This document shows positions 60,183 to 64,000 of a stretch of DNA of 64,000 nucleotides, piece after piece (the first letter of the stretch is position 1; each line of letters opens with the position of its first letter). Below the pieces are notes generated by a model. The model was not told the DNA's origin, did not search any database, and saw nothing but the letters and a program-made list of their open reading frames with translations. The stretch is taken from the NCBI GenBank assembly GCA_052279835.1, contig CP181291.1, forward strand, positions 832,001 to 896,000, read 5' to 3'. The stretch comes from Microcoleus sp. (GTDB lineage Bacteria > Cyanobacteriota > Cyanobacteriia > Cyanobacteriales > Microcoleaceae). The position numbers and the translations under genes were made by a program.

Positions 60183-60246
60183 TCAATTTCCATCCTCTGC
60201 GAGTCAATAGTTTCAGGTTGATCGATTCAACAAAATTGCTAACTAT

Positions 60247-60288
60247 CAGGAAATAGGGTTTAAAACCCCGTCATTCTAGGACTGCTTT
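60247..60288 (+). mobile_element. Isolated IS200/IS605 left-end remnant
   Basis: CAGGAAATAGGGTTTAAAACCCCGTCATTCTAGGACTGCTTT resembles the left end at 44747-44788. Confidence 0.6.
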
Positions 60289-60541
60289 ATATCTACTGGA
60301 GACTTGATTCTTAGTCCGCGACGCAGCGCAAGCTGTCGGAGTATTGTCACGTCTATGGGTGCGATCGACAACATCCATCAATGTCTGGAAATGGGAGATA
60401 TTTTGTTGACAAAATGCAATTAGTATAGTAGGCAAGTTCAAAAAGATGGGGAAACTCATCTCGATCGCCCAATCCCCCTGTCGGAAACAAAAGGTTACAA
60501 TCAAAAATACACTCTGATTCCATAACATTACTGTTTATAGT

Positions 60542-62329
60542 TTGAACTTCTCAGTGCCCAATAACCATACCTCAACTCAATCCTTTCAATTTGACTCCAT
60601 CGACAGCGCCCTCGCAGACCTCAAAGCAGGTCGCGCCCTGGTAGTAGTCGATGACGAAAACCGCGAAAACGAAGGCGATGTCATTTGTGCAGCCCAATTC
60701 GCCACCCCAGACCATATCAATTTCATGGCAGTGAACGCACGGGGTTTGATTTGTCTGGCCTTGACGGGCGATCGACTCGATCGCCTGGAACTGCCCCTGA
60801 TGGTCAGCAAAAATACTGACAATAACCAAACCGCATTTACCGTCAGCATCGATGCAGTCAACGGCGTTAGTACCGGCATCTCCGCCGAAGACAGAGCTCG
60901 CACTATCCAAGTAGCCATTCACCCCGACACCAAACCTCAAGATTTGCGTCGTCCCGGTCATATTTTCCCCCTGCGGGCGATCGATGGTGGTGTCCTCAAA
61001 CGCGCCGGCCACACCGAAGCCTCCGTTGACCTCGCTAGACTCGCAGGCCTCTACCCCAGCGGTGTCATCTGCGAAATTCAAAACCCCGACGGTTCCATGG
61101 CGAGGTTGCCAGAATTAATTGAGTATGCTAAAACCCATAACCTGAAAATCATCAGCATTGCTGATTTAATTAGCTACCGACTGAAGCACGATCGATTTGT
61201 CCGCCGCGAAACCGTCGCCAAATTGCCAACTCAATTCGGCGAGTTTATGATTTACGCCTACCGCGACACTCAAGACAACTCCGAACACGTTGCCGTTGTC
61301 AAGGGCGATCCAGCAGAATTTAAAGACAAACCCGTGATGGTGCGGGTGCATTCCGAATGCCTGACCGGCGATGCCTTGGGTTCCCTGCGCTGTGACTGCC
61401 GAATGCAACTGCAAGCCGCACTGAAAATGATTGAAAATGCGGGTTCTGGCATCGTAGTTTACTTGCGCCAAGAAGGTAGGGGCATTGGACTGGTGAATAA
61501 ACTCAAAGCTTACTCGCTACAAGATATCGGGTTTGATACCGTAGAAGCCAACGAGCGCTTGGGTTTTGCTGCCGACTTGCGGAACTACGGCGTGGGAGCA
61601 CAAATGCTCAATGACTTGGGAGTTCAAAAAATCCGGTTAATTACCAATAACCCACGAAAAATAGCAGGTTTGAAAGGTTATGGCATAGAAGTAGTCGATC
61701 GCCTTCCCCTATTAATTGAAGCCACAGATTATAACTCTATCTATCTGGCAACAAAAGCTGAAAAACTAGGTCATATGCTATTGCAAACTTATCTAGTCAC
61801 AGTGGCAATTCAGTGGGACGAAACCAAGGAAGAAGGCAGAGGGAAGAAGGAAGAAGGCCCTTCGACTACGCGAACGGCACCTGGAGGGAAGAAGCAGGAA
61901 GGAGAAGAAGCTTTAATTCCAGGACTGCAATCTCGAATTGCCAGGAGGTACGAACACCTGGCAAAACTGCGACATCTGGCGGCAAATCGGGATTTATTGC
62001 TGCAAGAAGAAGCGCGCCCCGTGGGGATAGCCCTGTTTGGAGAAGGTTCCTTAATCTTTCACCTCGGCTTCGACCAAGCTGGACTCGCGGCCACCGACTG
62101 GTACAAAGAACCAAGTCACCCTTATGTCAAGGCGATCGCCCAAATTCTCAGCGAAATCAGCACCTGGGAAGACTTGCAAACATTAGAATTCATGGTTTCC
62201 TCCGGTTCCGATCCGCTCAAAATCCTGCAAGTCCAGCTCGATCGGGAGACATTCCCTTGGTCAGAATTAGTCGGAATTTGCGATCGGCTCAAACCTCAAA
62301 AAATTTACAGTTTTGCCCCTGTTCCCTGA
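60542..62329 (+). CDS. ribBA: Bifunctional DHBP synthase / GTP cyclohydrolase II
   Basis: DDENRENEGD, RPGHIFPL, GHTEA, RVHSECLTGD and QEGRGIG motifs. Confidence 0.96.
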   Translation: MNFSVPNNHTSTQSFQFDSIDSALADLKAGRALVVVDDENRENEGDVICAAQFATPDHINFMAVNARGLICLALTGDRLDRLELPLMVSKNTDNNQTAFTVSIDAVNGVSTGISAEDRARTIQVAIHPDTKPQDLRRPGHIFPLRAIDGGVLKRAGHTEASVDLARLAGLYPSGVICEIQNPDGSMARLPELIEYAKTHNLKIISIADLISYRLKHDRFVRRETVAKLPTQFGEFMIYAYRDTQDNSEHVAVVKGDPAEFKDKPVMVRVHSECLTGDALGSLRCDCRMQLQAALKMIENAGSGIVVYLRQEGRGIGLVNKLKAYSLQDIGFDTVEANERLGFAADLRNYGVGAQMLNDLGVQKIRLITNNPRKIAGLKGYGIEVVDRLPLLIEATDYNSIYLATKAEKLGHMLLQTYLVTVAIQWDETKEEGRGKKEEGPSTTRTAPGGKKQEGEEALIPGLQSRIARRYEHLAKLRHLAANRDLLLQEEARPVGIALFGEGSLIFHLGFDQAGLAATDWYKEPSHPYVKAIAQILSEISTWEDLQTLEFMVSSGSDPLKILQVQLDRETFPWSELVGICDRLKPQKIYSFAPVP

Positions 62330-62480
62330 ACCGAGAATGTAGAATGAAACTCCCCTCCCGCCCAGGGGAGCTAGTACCTAGCTAGCGATTAAATAGACAA
62401 GGTGGTACACTTGTAGACAAATCTTTGTATAGCAGAATCTAGGCAAAAATCCAGCAAAAATAAGTGTAAGTTCCAGAATA

Positions 62481-63983
62481 ATGCTAGTTGATGCCAGCAT
62501 ATTCCTGGTGTCAAAAAACAGCAGACCAGACTACTTATCGCTAATGGAAATGAACGTTGGTGACTTTCTCAATCGGCTCGACCTCAGAGGACAGGCCCTC
62601 AAAGGCATCAACCTCAGCGGTGCAGAACTCAAAGGAGCAAACCTCAGAGGAACTGACCTCAGAGAAACCAACCTCAGCGATGCTATTCTGAGGTATGCAG
62701 ACCTGATAGAAGCCGACCTCACCCTTGCCAATCTCAGGGGGGCCGATTTAGCAGAATCATTTCTTAATTTAGCCAACCTCACCAAAGCCGACTTGACTGG
62801 TGCGGTGCTTAGAGAAGCTACTCTCGTAGGAGCTGAACTGTTGGGAGCCAACCTCCAACAAGCAAGTTTAATTAAAGCCAATTTAGTTGGAGCGAATCTC
62901 CAAGAAGCAAACTTCACCAGAGCCAACCTCAGTGGGGCAGATTTGCGCGGTGCCCAGTTGATCGACACAATTTTAGACAAAGCTGTCTACAACAATCGGA
63001 CAGTATTTCCCTACGATATTGACCCCGGTGCAATGGGAGCATTTTTACTAGCCCCCAATGCTTCACTCCCAGGCTTAAATCTGTCGATGGTAGATTTAAC
63101 TGGAGTTGATTTAAAAGGCTCGGATTTGCGCCGGACAAACCTGTGCCAAGCTATATTATTTGGAGCCAAACTGGAGCGCGCCAACTTAACAGGAGCCAAC
63201 CTCAGCGGAGCCGACTTGAGAGAAGCTAATTTGAATGGCGCGATTTTGGAAAAAGCTGTTTATAGCAACAAAACATTGTTTTCAGAAGGTATTGACCCCA
63301 GGATTGCCGGCGCTTATTTAATTGCTCCCAATGTATCGCTACAAGGTTTAAATTTGACCGGAGCCGACTTGAACGGATTGGATTTAAGCGGAGCTAATTT
63401 GAGCGGAACCAACTTAAGTTCAGTCAACCTCAAAAATGTAGACCTCAGCAGAGCTAGCCTGAAAAAAGCTTACCTCAAAGGTGCCAACTTGGAGGGAACC
63501 GATTTGAGAGGAGCAGATTTAAGCGGCGCAATTTTGCACGAAGTAAACTTGAGGTCAGCAGACCTCCGAGGTGTAGACTTAACTAGGGCTGACCTCAGCG
63601 GTGCTAATTTGAGCGATGCCGATTTGAGGGAGACAGATTTAACCGGGGCGACTTTGTTGTTTGCTAATTTAAGCGGAGCCGACTTGAGAGGTGTAGACTT
63701 GACAAAAGCCGATCTCAGTGGCGCTAAGTTGAACGAAGCCGACCTGAGAAAAGCAGATTTAGTGAGGGTAAATTTAGAAGGAGCCGATTTAACTGAGGTA
63801 GATTTGAGCGATGCTCATTTATTTCGGGTTAATCTCAAAGGTGCTAATCTAAAAGGGGCAAACCTGAAAGGGGCAAATTTTAAGGTAGTATTTTTAACTG
63901 ATGCTCATTTGAGCGAAACGGATTTGACTGATGTCGAGCTGAGTTCGAGTTTTTTTGAACTGCCATGGGAATCAGAAGAGTAA
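62481..63983 (+). CDS. Pentapeptide repeat protein (start may be 62544)
   Basis: Extensive A(D/N)LXX repeats. Confidence 0.92.
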   Translation: MLVDASIFLVSKNSRPDYLSLMEMNVGDFLNRLDLRGQALKGINLSGAELKGANLRGTDLRETNLSDAILRYADLIEADLTLANLRGADLAESFLNLANLTKADLTGAVLREATLVGAELLGANLQQASLIKANLVGANLQEANFTRANLSGADLRGAQLIDTILDKAVYNNRTVFPYDIDPGAMGAFLLAPNASLPGLNLSMVDLTGVDLKGSDLRRTNLCQAILFGAKLERANLTGANLSGADLREANLNGAILEKAVYSNKTLFSEGIDPRIAGAYLIAPNVSLQGLNLTGADLNGLDLSGANLSGTNLSSVNLKNVDLSRASLKKAYLKGANLEGTDLRGADLSGAILHEVNLRSADLRGVDLTRADLSGANLSDADLRETDLTGATLLFANLSGADLRGVDLTKADLSGAKLNEADLRKADLVRVNLEGADLTEVDLSDAHLFRVNLKGANLKGANLKGANFKVVFLTDAHLSETDLTDVELSSSFFELPWESEE

Positions 63984-64000
63984 TTAGTCATTAGTCAGCA

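Noticed and set aside
62481..63983. 15-nt periodicity as a DNA repeat array
   Set aside because: Fully explained by pentapeptide-repeat coding.

Overview
Chromosomal window of a filamentous cyanobacterium. Evidence: abundant HIP1 GCGATCGC sites, psaK, ndhB and plmA; the heptamer STRRs and repeat families suggest a Microcoleus/Oscillatoriales-like host, which is inference. From left to right: dnaK 5' end; a PLD-SNF2 helicase plus N6-MTase defence pair; the ackA/psaK/xfp region holding an ABC-ATPase/TOPRIM pair; a toxin-antitoxin-rich island; topA; ndhB; a truncated tnpB with its omega-RNA end; Uma2 paralogs; housekeeping and envelope genes. The main feature is a ~5.5 kb array of 29 tRNA/tRNA-like genes (53700-59197) covering 19 amino acids, with no Gly. 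It has a sigma70 promoter with repeated operator-like boxes, an rRNA-type boxA and a long structured leader RNA. An antisense macro-domain gene is embedded in it and a DEDDh exonuclease follows it. One unusual 8/4-fold Ser-type tRNA is split at its T-arm by an IS607 element (serine recombinase + TnpB), so the predicted TnpB guide is the tRNA 3' half. Also seen: a 179-bp tnpB-less omega-RNA mini-transposon in the degT stop region, 21-nt elements inserted in frame at HIP1-like sites in proteins, and a G-run frameshift in plmA. All calls are by eye from the sequence and the ORF track; no searches were run.
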